Shown here: in pieces, positions 10,159 to 19,123 of the stretch | Layout: each line of letters starts with the position of its first letter | How positions within the stretch are numbered: the stretch's first letter is position 1 | Source: an uncultured Candidatus Saccharibacteria bacterium | GTDB lineage: Bacteria > Patescibacteriota > CALEFQ01 | Length of the DNA: 64,000 bases | Assembly: GCA_965230955.1 (NCBI GenBank) | Contig: OZ246404.1 | Coordinates: 856,790 to 920,789, forward strand | Direction of reading: 5' to 3' | The notes under the pieces: model-generated | The model's input: the letters and a program-made list of their open reading frames with translations, nothing else | The model's database searches: none | Told to the model about the DNA's origin: nothing | Position numbers and translations under genes: made by a program

Positions 10159-10950
10159 TTATTTTTTATCTGGCTTATCTTCGGACATCAGGATTTTGAT
10201 ACTGGCCGTCATCCGGTCAAAAGAATTTGCCAGTTCTTCGAATTCTGTATTCTGATACTTGCCGATTTTGACAGAGAGATCGCCTTTGCTGATCCGGGAA
10301 GCGGCGTTCACAAATTCCTTGATCGTCCGTGCGGTGGATCGGCCGACCAGCCAGGCCGCCACTATCGCGATAACAATCGAAACAGAAATCAAGACGACCG
10401 AGGTATGAATGGTTTGCGAACTGTACCGCGCAGCTAATTCGCCGCGCACGGCCAGGAATGACCGGCTGGAATTTTCCAAATAGGCCGTCACCGTCTCGGC
10501 ATAGGCCTTTTTCCATTTGGCATATTCCGCCCCGTCAATAATTTCCAAAGCCTCGGCTGATTTCTGATCCGCTACCAATTGATGGGATCGCAGTTCCAAA
10601 TCAACCAAAACCAAATTGGCTTCGTCCTGCCGATTGAAAATTTGCCGGGTACTGTCAGTATCGGCTTGGGCGATCGCGTCTTTGATCACGGTGTCCAACT
10701 GCGTCCCGTAAGCATCATACCGTTCCTTCCACTTTTGATCGCCGGTAAAAATATAATTACGCGTTGATTGAGTCAGGACCTCATCCAACCACTGAATATC
10801 TTTGGCGCGCGATAACTGATCTTCCGCCGCGCCCAAATTACTGATATCCGTATTTATATTATTGACCAAAAACAGGGTGAATACGCCATAAACGACCATT
10901 AACAAAATCAAGAGGGCAAAACCCAGCGATACTTTACTTGAAATTTTCAT
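10159..10950 (-). CDS. HAMP-domain membrane sensor protein lacking an output domain
   Basis: TM1, a ~170-aa helical periplasmic region (4HB-like) and TM2. C-terminal HAMP (RTIKEFVNAASRISKGDLSVKIG...FEELANSFDRMTASIK). The protein ends after the HAMP. Confidence 0.6.
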   Translation of the reverse strand: MKISSKVSLGFALLILLMVVYGVFTLFLVNNINTDISNLGAAEDQLSRAKDIQWLDEVLTQSTRNYIFTGDQKWKERYDAYGTQLDTVIKDAIAQADTDSTRQIFNRQDEANLVLVDLELRSHQLVADQKSAEALEIIDGAEYAKWKKAYAETVTAYLENSSRSFLAVRGELAARYSSQTIHTSVVLISVSIVIAIVAAWLVGRSTARTIKEFVNAASRISKGDLSVKIGKYQNTEFEELANSFDRMTASIKILMSEDKPDKK

Positions 10951-11166
10951 ATTGGTTTGTTTTAGCGAGAGAAATTATACCAATACGCTTAAAAGACGGG
11001 GAAATAAGCAATGAGAGCCAGAAAGCCTCTCCCCTTGGCATTTTTGAGAGTTTTTCCGACAATTTTACCGACTAATTATAGCACATTTTACCTGTTTTCG
11101 TCTATGGGAAAACAATTCCCAATCTCCGTAGAAAAGAAAAGCAAAAGTTCACTGAAATTACCGCCC

Positions 11167-12651
11167 CTATTTTTGCTTAGTGAAAACCTGCCCGGCCACC
11201 GAAGCGGTATCAGACGGCAAGCTGAGCAACTGACTGACTGTGACAAAGCAAAATCCTTTGGCTTGGAGCTGATCGATAATCAGCGGCACCGCTTCTTCCG
11301 TGGTTTCATGGATATCGTGCAGCAAGATTATATCACCGGTCTTGGTAGCGCTGTTGACCCGATCATCGACAATACTGGTGACGCGATCTTGCCAATCCTT
11401 GGGATCAACCGACCACATAATAATCGGCAATCTGGCCTCCTGCTTGACCGCATCATTATAAGCACCGTAAGGCGGGCGGAAAACCGGGGCATTGAGACCG
11501 GCGGCGCTTTTGATTGCGTCTTCTGTTTTCTGGATTTCGTCGCGAATCGACGCACTGTCCAAACGAGTTAACTGCTGGTGATCCCAAGTGTGGTTACCCA
11601 GTTCATGTCCCTCAGTGTAAATACGCTTCACGATATCAGGATAAGCGATGACTTGATTGCCAATCATGAAAAAAGTCGCCGCAACGCCCTTGGCTTTTAA
11701 AACATCCAGTTTAGCCGGAGTCAAAGTTTTGTGCGGACCGTCGTCGAAAGTCAACGCCACCGGATTTTGACAAGTATCCGGTATGGGCTTCGCTTTACCC
11801 GAGTCGGACGGGGTCGGTGTCGGCACGGGCGTGGCGGTCGGTTTGGGATTAGGCTTGTCAACATCCGAAGCCTCATTGGCTTGATTGGTCGCGCTATCCA
11901 AATGCTGTTTCATCAACGGCGAAAGGAGATCGTCGAGATTGCCGTACGGAATATCAATTTTCCGCGCCTGATCAGACAATTCTCCGGCCGGGAAATAAAA
12001 AGAGAGGCTATCATGGTCAAAAGTGAAACGCTGGAGCTTATCAGTCGAGAGCACATTATCGATCTTGCTTTTATCCGTCACGGCCGGATCGGCCTGCAAA
12101 CTTTGTTGCACTAACGGTATCAGCCGATTGAGATAATTTGACTGATCGGCAAACAAATCGCCCAGAACCAATTCTCGGCCGGTGTTTAAATCATAAGTCT
12201 TGGTGATGATATCATTAACGGGATTGGAATTATCAGTGAAGTATTCGTTTAGATTGAATTTAACACTAAACAGATTAGGCGCCAGACCAAAAGTGGAAAA
12301 AGTCAGGTGCATTTCATCATCCCACTCTTTGAGATTCGGCCGCTGTTCCGCTTCGGTCATGAATTCATCAATCTTTTTTTCAACAAATTTATAAATACTC
12401 TCCGAAACTTGTTTGTTGGGAGTTTTAGGATACTGGGCGGTGATCGCGTACTGATCCCAGTACTGAGTGATAGTCTCCAGCTCCACGCCCGGGAAAAGAT
12501 CACTGTTAGCGGTGGCATATTCATCGGGATTGTAGCGCGTGCTGGTCACCGGGCCGTTGTTGATACTCTCCGCCCGCCACCAGAAATAGCCGCCAATCCC
12601 CGCCGCCGCAATAATCAAGATCAAAATCAGGGCAAATGCTTTGGTGCTCAT
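11167..12651 (-). CDS. Polysaccharide deacetylase (CE4/NodB domain) with N-terminal TM anchor and extracellular domain
   Basis: C-terminal NodB motifs (TFDDGP, HTWDH, RPPYG). PTPTP linker. ~260-aa N-terminal extracytoplasmic domain of unrecognised family following a signal anchor. Confidence 0.8.
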   Translation of the reverse strand: MSTKAFALILILIIAAAGIGGYFWWRAESINNGPVTSTRYNPDEYATANSDLFPGVELETITQYWDQYAITAQYPKTPNKQVSESIYKFVEKKIDEFMTEAEQRPNLKEWDDEMHLTFSTFGLAPNLFSVKFNLNEYFTDNSNPVNDIITKTYDLNTGRELVLGDLFADQSNYLNRLIPLVQQSLQADPAVTDKSKIDNVLSTDKLQRFTFDHDSLSFYFPAGELSDQARKIDIPYGNLDDLLSPLMKQHLDSATNQANEASDVDKPNPKPTATPVPTPTPSDSGKAKPIPDTCQNPVALTFDDGPHKTLTPAKLDVLKAKGVAATFFMIGNQVIAYPDIVKRIYTEGHELGNHTWDHQQLTRLDSASIRDEIQKTEDAIKSAAGLNAPVFRPPYGAYNDAVKQEARLPIIMWSVDPKDWQDRVTSIVDDRVNSATKTGDIILLHDIHETTEEAVPLIIDQLQAKGFCFVTVSQLLSLPSDTASVAGQVFTKQK

Positions 12652-12695
12652 AAATATAATGATTAAGAATCTTTAATTATTATAGCATAAAAACT

Positions 12696-12719
12696 GGCTA
12701 GGGCATTAATGCCCTAGCC
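12696..12719 (-). terminator. Terminator after the repeat-protein gene
   Basis: GGCTAGGGCATTAATGCCCTAGCC followed by TTTTTAT on the reverse strand. Confidence 0.6.
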
Positions 12720-12857
12720 AAATTTGTGCTCCCCAAACCAAACCGGCCCGCCCCATAAAGGACAGGCCGGATTTGGCCAACAATTACTCTCCTTTGCCCA
12801 TGAGGCTACAGAGAGAACTTACCAACAGACTATATACTTAGGGATCAAAACTTTTTT

Positions 12858-13472
12858 CTATCTTCCTTGTCCAAGTCCCATTCCCATACCCATTCCTTTG
12901 CCGCCTCGTCCTTGCTGAAATCCCATTTCTTCCATAATCGCCCGCGCTTCATCGGTCTTTCCTTCTTGGCGTAATTGATGAGCCGTCACCATTTTGTTGA
13001 ACGTGTCTTCGTTTATCTTGCCGGACAAATCGCTCAAATGTTGCTGCTTTTGGGTCACGCGATTTTCCATGGCGGTCTTCCAGGCACTGAAATCATTATT
13101 CTCAATCGCGCTTTGCATCGCTTCTTTGTCAGCCGAACCCTGTCCATGACGTCCGGGCAAACCCAGCTCTTGAGCCAGAGTAGACGCTTCATCGTACTTT
13201 CCGTCTTTTCGAAGCTGCTCCAGTTGGCGTAATTGGTCAAATTTTTCTTGAGAAGTAAATTCAGTAACTTTTGCCTGAATAGTATCTTTCCAAGACTGGT
13301 AATCGTTATTCTCCAGTGCTTGGGCCGCGGCCTCCGAACCTTGGTTCATCCACCCGAAGCCGAAAGCTTTCGCTCCCTCTGGTGTACTGGCGAAAGCGGT
13401 AGCAATACCGATAGTGGCTACGGTGGCAACAGTGGCAATGGCGACGGGAATAGCTATTTTTCTGTTTAGCAT
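12858..13472 (-). CDS. Secreted helical tandem-repeat protein with Gly/Met-rich tail
   Basis: Signal peptide. Two ~75-aa internal repeats (ENNDYQSWKDTIQAKV... and ENNDFSAWKTAMENRV...). The C-terminus reads GRGGKGMGMGMGLGQGR. Confidence 0.55.
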   Translation of the reverse strand: MLNRKIAIPVAIATVATVATIGIATAFASTPEGAKAFGFGWMNQGSEAAAQALENNDYQSWKDTIQAKVTEFTSQEKFDQLRQLEQLRKDGKYDEASTLAQELGLPGRHGQGSADKEAMQSAIENNDFSAWKTAMENRVTQKQQHLSDLSGKINEDTFNKMVTAHQLRQEGKTDEARAIMEEMGFQQGRGGKGMGMGMGLGQGR

Positions 13473-13561
13473 AGTGAGGATTAATTGTTAGCCATCAGTC
13501 CAATTGGTTTATCCGACAGCTAATCGTTAAGAGTAAGGAGGCGAGATCTCGCATTTGTTCA

Positions 13562-13588
13562 TACGCCGGGGTATTTTGTTTTATTTCA
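13562..13588 (-). promoter_or_regulatory. Putative ECF-type promoter upstream of the secreted repeat-protein gene
   Basis: Reverse strand reads TGAAAT, 17 nt, then CGTA. It lies just downstream of the terminator hairpin at 13645-13666. Confidence 0.45.
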
Positions 13589-13644
13589 AAATTATCCTGC
13601 TCGCTCCGACGTCTTCGCCGGAGCAAAACGACCTGCAACCAAAA

Positions 13645-13666
13645 GGGGTGGCCTTAAGGCCACCCC
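13645..13666 (-). terminator. Rho-independent terminator after the anti-sigma gene
   Basis: GGGGTGGCCTTAAGGCCACCCC perfect hairpin followed by a T-run on the reverse strand. Confidence 0.7.
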
Positions 13667-13698
13667 TAGTAAGCCGCATCTATTTCACACGCATATTA

Positions 13699-14418
13699 TT
13701 AAAACCCCGGTACCGGCGCCAGATTAACCCGCCCCGGCCGCCAAGGACGGATGGAAGACGCTTCGAACAAATGTTCTCCGGTAATTTCACCGATGATTTT
13801 TATTTGCTCGCCCGGAAAAAGCGGAATACGGAAACGGGCTTCGGTATAAATCACCTGCCACGGCTCCCCGAGCAAATCGCGCAAACTCAACTCACTGTCG
13901 CTTTCCACGGACAGAATCTGCCCCGCCAGCAAACCCATTTCCGGTTTCTGCCAAACGTCGGCCGGATGTCCGGGCATCATCGGCCCGAGCGGCGGCCGCT
14001 GCGCCACCTGCTCGTCGATCTGTCCGCCGAAACCGGTCAAGAAAAGCGCCGTTCCGCCGACAATACTGATCACGATGCTGGTGGTAATCACGATGATCGG
14101 CCGATAACGATAACCTTCCTTCGTATGACGAAAATTGTAAATTGCCAGAAGTGAAAAAAGCACGACGACCACCACCCACAAATAAGGCAGAGATAAAACG
14201 ACATGGGTAACAGGCCCGCGGCCAAGTTGCGGATAAATATCCCAATCAATACTGGTGACGCGATCCAGCATGGCACTAAACGCTACTGCCCCGACACCGA
14301 CGGAAAAAGCAAAAGCGCCCCAAAAAAGCAGGTCGCGGCTAACGAATTGCCACTTGGGTTTGGGAGTAATATGTTTGTCCTTGATTTCATCAAGAACTTT
14401 GTGGCTTAGGTCTTCCAT
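13699..14418 (-). CDS. Putative anti-sigma factor (membrane protein)
   Basis: Its start lies 1 nt from the stop of the ECF sigma gene. ~30-aa cytoplasmic N-terminus, then TM segments and an extracytoplasmic region. Confidence 0.5.
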   Translation of the reverse strand: MEDLSHKVLDEIKDKHITPKPKWQFVSRDLLFWGAFAFSVGVGAVAFSAMLDRVTSIDWDIYPQLGRGPVTHVVLSLPYLWVVVVVLFSLLAIYNFRHTKEGYRYRPIIVITTSIVISIVGGTALFLTGFGGQIDEQVAQRPPLGPMMPGHPADVWQKPEMGLLAGQILSVESDSELSLRDLLGEPWQVIYTEARFRIPLFPGEQIKIIGEITGEHLFEASSIRPWRPGRVNLAPVPGF

Positions 14419-14419
14419 G

Positions 14420-15010
14420 TTATATATGATCTTTATTAATTAACTGCTGTAATTCCTTCTTGGCGCGATTAATCAGTGTCCCGACCGTGGCGACCGGTTT
14501 GCGCAAGATAGCGGAAATTTCTTCGTAGCTTAAGTCTTCCAAAAATCGCAACACCAATACTTCCTGATATTTATACGGCAACTTTCGCAAAGCGGCTTGG
14601 ACCACTTGGGTGGAATATTTTTGATCAAGTTCGTGCTCCAAATCCACCCCATCGGTAAATTTATTGGCGATACTTTCATCTTCCACCGCGATTACCGCCT
14701 GGGGGCGAACTTTCAGGCGCCGGTACTGGCTAATCACTTGATTGTGAGTGATGCGATAAATCCACGCGGAAAATTTCAGTTTGCTGTCAAAATCATTTAA
14801 ATTGAGATAGGCCTTGATAAAAACATCCTGCAAAACATCGGCTGTTTCTTCCTCGTCAAATCTGGAAATGCGCCGAATGTAGCGCCCCAGTTTAGCCTGG
14901 TAGCGATCCACCAAATACGCAAAAGCATCTTTGCTTTGTAGCGACAAAGACACCAACTCTTCATCCGTCTTTTGTTGGTAAATGTGGCCCATATCCATGG
15001 ATAGCATCAC
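14420..15010 (-). CDS. ECF-family RNA polymerase sigma factor
   Basis: Sigma-70 region 2 (DVFIKAYLNLNDF...WIYRITHN) and region 4 (LSYEEISAILRKPVATVGTLINRAKKEL). Confidence 0.85.
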   Translation of the reverse strand: MMLSMDMGHIYQQKTDEELVSLSLQSKDAFAYLVDRYQAKLGRYIRRISRFDEEETADVLQDVFIKAYLNLNDFDSKLKFSAWIYRITHNQVISQYRRLKVRPQAVIAVEDESIANKFTDGVDLEHELDQKYSTQVVQAALRKLPYKYQEVLVLRFLEDLSYEEISAILRKPVATVGTLINRAKKELQQLINKDHI

Positions 15011-15018
15011 CTAACTAG

Positions 15019-15044
15019 TACGCCCTATTATATCGTTTATTTCA
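15019..15044 (-). promoter_or_regulatory. Putative ECF-type promoter upstream of the sigma gene
   Basis: Reverse strand reads TGAAAT, 16 nt, then CGTA (σW/σV-like) ~50 nt upstream of the sigma start. It shares the TTGAAATAAA prefix with the promoter at 13562-13588. Confidence 0.5.
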
Positions 15045-15122
15045 AGAATTAAAAATGCAAAACTCAGAATGTAAAATTAATCGTTGTAATTCTCCATTCT
15101 TAATTTTGCATTAAAAGACTCC

Positions 15123-16343
15123 CTATTCGTACCGTAAAGCCTCAATCGGATTCAGCTTTGCCGCACGTCGCGCCGGGTAGTAACCAAAAACCAAACCGAC
15201 CAACGCCGAGACGCCGACAGCGAGAAGAATTGAACTGACCGTAATACTGGCGTTAATCGTGGAAAACTGGGAAATAAGTAAAGCCGCCACATAACCGAAA
15301 ATTATACCGAAAATTCCGCCAAAGAAAGTCAGCATAATCGATTCCATCAAAAACTGCGAGGTGATATCGCGCCGCTTGGCGCCGATCGCCTTGCGCAAAC
15401 CGATCTCCTTGGTGCGTTCGGTAACTGAAGTAAGCATCATATTCATAATCCCGATCCCGCCGACCAGCAAGGAAATTCCTCCAATCGCCCCCAGGAGAGC
15501 CGTCAGAGTACCGGTGATTGACGAAGCCATCTCAACCAAATCCGCCATGTTGCGCACCGAAAAATCGGCATTGGCCGAATCGGAAATTTTATGGCGCTGC
15601 AACAGCAGGGCGGTAATCTGCTCCTGCACCGACGTCATGCTGGACTGATCGACCGTTTTTACAATAATCGTATTGACGTATTCATCGCCGGAAAAATAAC
15701 GCTGGGCCGTACTGATCGGAATAAGCACACTGTCGTCCGAACTGCTAAACATCCCGCCGGTAGCTTCCAGCACGCCGACAATTTTAAAATTCATCTCATT
15801 GATCCGGATCGATTCGCCGACCGGATTGGCTCCAGCTCCAAATATATCCTCGGCCACCGTGGCTCCGAGCACAGCCACTTTGGCATTGCTCTTGGCCTGC
15901 TGGTCCGTAAGAAATTTCCCTTTGGTGGTCACCAGATCGCGCGCCGTGGCATAAGCGGCGTTGACTCCCATTACGCTGGCATTGACATTATTGTTTTTCG
16001 CCACTACCTGATAATTACCGGATACCGACGGCGCGACCGCCGCCAGCTTAGGCACTTGCTTTTCAATGGCCGTGGCATCTTCCATGGTCAAAGTCTTGGC
16101 TGAACCGCGGCTGGACCGCACACCCGAACCGATACTTTGTTGCGCCCCGGGCATGATGGTAATCAGATTCGCCCCGCCGGCTTCAATATTTTCGGTAATC
16201 GATTGCTGGGCGCCGGTACCGACCGACATCAATCCCACCACAGAAGCGATTCCGATCACAATTCCGAGCATTGTCAAAATCGAACGGCCCTTGTTCGCCG
16301 TCAGAGCGATATATGTTTCTTTTAGAAGGTCTGATGGTTTCAT
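15123..16343 (-). CDS. ABC transporter permease, MacB/FtsX family
   Basis: N-terminal TM, a large periplasmic domain and a C-terminal FtsX-like 3-TM bundle. Confidence 0.85.
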   Translation of the reverse strand: MKPSDLLKETYIALTANKGRSILTMLGIVIGIASVVGLMSVGTGAQQSITENIEAGGANLITIMPGAQQSIGSGVRSSRGSAKTLTMEDATAIEKQVPKLAAVAPSVSGNYQVVAKNNNVNASVMGVNAAYATARDLVTTKGKFLTDQQAKSNAKVAVLGATVAEDIFGAGANPVGESIRINEMNFKIVGVLEATGGMFSSSDDSVLIPISTAQRYFSGDEYVNTIIVKTVDQSSMTSVQEQITALLLQRHKISDSANADFSVRNMADLVEMASSITGTLTALLGAIGGISLLVGGIGIMNMMLTSVTERTKEIGLRKAIGAKRRDITSQFLMESIMLTFFGGIFGIIFGYVAALLISQFSTINASITVSSILLAVGVSALVGLVFGYYPARRAAKLNPIEALRYE

Positions 16344-16405
16344 TTTTGATACCAGTCAAAAATATGTTCGTCTAAACTTTTTACTTTTGACCTTTGACTT
16401 TTGAC

Positions 16406-17125
16406 TTATAAATGAAGTCCTTGTTTGATAGTTCGTTTGTGCAAATTAGGACGATCGGATGCGATCAAGCCATCTTTGATAGTAATTACCCGGTCGGTAA
16501 ATTCAGTCACTTCAACTTCATGAGTAATGACGATAATGGTACGTTTATCTTTCTTGTTTAGCTTCTCAAAAGTGCCCATCACCACTTCTCCGGATTTGCT
16601 ATCCAGGTTGCCGGTCGGCTCATCCGCAAAAATCAGGGCCGGATCGTTCACCAGGGCACGGGCAATCGCCACGCGCTGAATTTGGCCGCCGGATAATTGA
16701 TTCGATTTATGATCCCAAAGTTTTTTATCAGGCAGACCGGCATCGATCAAGGCTTTTTGCGCCCGCTCCAGTCTTTCTTTGTTTGGCAAACCTTGATAGA
16801 CAAACGGCAATATTACATTGCGCAACACCGAAGTCCGCGGCAAAAGATTGAACGACTGGAAAACAAAGCCGATACGATTCAGTCTGATATCAGCCAGTTG
16901 GTTTTCGCTGTATTCGGTCACGTTTTTACCGGCGAAAATATACTGCCCGCCCGTTGGAGTATCCAGCAAACCCAAAATATGCATCAAGGTAGATTTACCA
17001 GAACCGGACGCACCCATAATCGAGACAAACTCCCCCGCCTCAATTTTCAGGGTAACCCCGCCCAGCGCCTTGGTCTCGACTTCGCCACTGCGGTAAACTT
17101 TTGTTATATCGCGACACTCGATCAT
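16406..17125 (-). CDS. ABC transporter ATP-binding protein (MacB/LolD-type)
   Basis: Walker A GASGSGKST, signature LSGGQIQRVAIARAL and Walker B IFADEPTGNLD. Confidence 0.9.
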   Translation of the reverse strand: MIECRDITKVYRSGEVETKALGGVTLKIEAGEFVSIMGASGSGKSTLMHILGLLDTPTGGQYIFAGKNVTEYSENQLADIRLNRIGFVFQSFNLLPRTSVLRNVILPFVYQGLPNKERLERAQKALIDAGLPDKKLWDHKSNQLSGGQIQRVAIARALVNDPALIFADEPTGNLDSKSGEVVMGTFEKLNKKDKRTIIVITHEVEVTEFTDRVITIKDGLIASDRPNLHKRTIKQGLHL

Positions 17126-18648
17126 CAGCGCGGCCCTCCGCCACCGAACGAATCCGGTGGCATAAAACCGCCGCCATTACGCGAAGTAGAATTGTTCACA
17201 GAATTAGTATTCGAGCTTTTAGACGAAGTAGTAGAGACTTCCCCGATGACAACTTCATCCCCGGCTTTCAGTCCGGAAATAATTTCCGACTCGGTGTCAT
17301 TGGTCAAGCCCACTTCGACCGTCACTGGCCTCGGGACAACAGCGCCGCTATTCAAAACTTGCACGTAGCTTTGGCCGGAATCCCCGGTCTCGATGGCCGT
17401 GCTGGAAATCACCAGAACTTGGGCGGCTTCCCCCACGGTAATCTCAGCAGCCGCGGTCATGCCGTTCGCGATTCGATCATCTTGGCTGTCCAGCGTCACC
17501 GTCACGCCATAGCTGACCACGCCGGAACTGGTCGTCCCGTCCGCGTCGATTTTAGCCACCGTGCCGTCAAGCGTCAGATCCGCGATCGCGTCAAAAGTTA
17601 TTTTAGCTTTTTGCCCGATCTGGATACTGGGACGGTCAACTTCATTCACGGTGATCGCGGCTTGTTTTTGCCCGGTCACCAGCGTCGCCATGCCCTGACT
17701 GCCGGAACTGGAAGAAGAAGAACTGGCGGTGGCGGTCGTCGCTGACGACACGGCACTGACCGACTGCGTGCCGGTGGCCGAGGAAGAATTGCCGCCGCCG
17801 GAAACGCTGTCACCAACTTCCACATTGATAGCGGTAATCATGCCGCCAAACGGCGCTCGAACTTGGTAATCCTTTGCCTCAGTTTGAATTTCACTTAAAG
17901 AATTTCTCGCTTTGGCAATGGCTAATTCTTGGGAACGAATTTCTTCCGGCGTCGCTCCGGTTTTCAATTCGATCAAGGCCGCTTGTTTTTCTTTGATTGT
18001 CGCTTCGGCCAAATTGATCGCAGCCGGACCTGTTTTGTCTAGATCTTCCAAAGTTTGCTCCGCCGATGTTAGCTGAGTCGAGTATTTTTCATAAAGAGTA
18101 TCATAATTGGGATCGCTCCGGCTCAAATCATCCAAATGATCCTCGGCGGATTCCAAGTTGGTGTCGGCCGTCGCACGATCCTGTTTTTGCTTTAGTTTCA
18201 GGGCGACCAAATCATCTTCGGCTTTGGTCACCGCGTCTTCGGCTTGTAAAATTTTCGAAGTGTCCGGCGCCGCTAGCAAAGTTTCCAGTTGCAATTGCGC
18301 TTTTTCTAAATCGATCCGGGCATTCGAAACCGTGCGATTATAGTCTTCAGTATCGAGCTGGAAAAGCAAATCATTTTCCGCAACCGTTTCGTTTTCACTC
18401 ACGTAAATTTTCGACACTTCTCCCGAAGTGTCCGAGGCGACAGCAACTTGATTTATATCCTCAATCTGACCGCTGCCCGAAACAGTTTTGGTAATAGTCC
18501 CCTCTTTCACGCGCGCGGTTTGGTATTGGCTCTCCTCCGATTTTGGGGTAGTCAGAGTCACTACCAAAAAGTACCCGCCGATAATCGCCCCGGCGGCGAT
18601 CAGCGCCATCAATATTTTGTGCGTCTTTATAAATTCTAAAATCTTCAT
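17125..18648 (-). CDS. Efflux periplasmic adaptor (HlyD/MFP family) with Ser/Thr/Gly-rich C-terminal tail
   Basis: N-terminal TM, a long coiled coil and a beta-barrel region. The C-terminal ~60 aa are low complexity (SSKSSNTNSVNNSTSRNGGGFMPPDSFGGGGPR). Confidence 0.8.
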   Translation of the reverse strand: MKILEFIKTHKILMALIAAGAIIGGYFLVVTLTTPKSEESQYQTARVKEGTITKTVSGSGQIEDINQVAVASDTSGEVSKIYVSENETVAENDLLFQLDTEDYNRTVSNARIDLEKAQLQLETLLAAPDTSKILQAEDAVTKAEDDLVALKLKQKQDRATADTNLESAEDHLDDLSRSDPNYDTLYEKYSTQLTSAEQTLEDLDKTGPAAINLAEATIKEKQAALIELKTGATPEEIRSQELAIAKARNSLSEIQTEAKDYQVRAPFGGMITAINVEVGDSVSGGGNSSSATGTQSVSAVSSATTATASSSSSSSGSQGMATLVTGQKQAAITVNEVDRPSIQIGQKAKITFDAIADLTLDGTVAKIDADGTTSSGVVSYGVTVTLDSQDDRIANGMTAAAEITVGEAAQVLVISSTAIETGDSGQSYVQVLNSGAVVPRPVTVEVGLTNDTESEIISGLKAGDEVVIGEVSTTSSKSSNTNSVNNSTSRNGGGFMPPDSFGGGGPR

Positions 18649-18649
18649 A

Positions 18650-18988
18650 TTATTGATTAAATGACGGCCGACCGGCGGGACGGCTAGCCTCTATGGCCGC
18701 CCGTTCGGTGTCATCAATTTTACCATCGGCGCAATATTCTTCCATCTGGCTCATTCGACCATCATCTTGCCCGGTCTCGCCGGAACCACGCCCGGATGGC
18801 ATATCACCCTCGGCTATTCGCGCGCAAATGTCGCCGGCATCGCCACCGGGGAAAGCTTCCGCCCGCAGATCACTCGGCCGGGAAACGAGAAAATGAGAGA
18901 TGACAAATCCTATCGCGCCGGCAATTATAGCCACAGCGATAATAGTTACAATTCCTTTTTTGGTACCATTCTTGTTAGAATTTTCCAT
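18650..18988 (-). CDS. Small membrane-anchored hypothetical protein
   Basis: A single TM helix followed by an acidic, Cys-containing region. It lies inside the efflux operon between the RND and adaptor genes. Confidence 0.4.
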   Translation of the reverse strand: MENSNKNGTKKGIVTIIAVAIIAGAIGFVISHFLVSRPSDLRAEAFPGGDAGDICARIAEGDMPSGRGSGETGQDDGRMSQMEEYCADGKIDDTERAAIEASRPAGRPSFNQ

Positions 18989-19123
18989 GATTTTCGCTTA
19001 AATATGATAAAAAACCCTCTCACACTACTACGCCAGATACAGCCAATTTATTTCCGAAATAGCAGGAAATCAAGCTTACTTAAACCACCAACGAATTCGT
19101 TGGTGGTTTAGAGTTTGATACGT

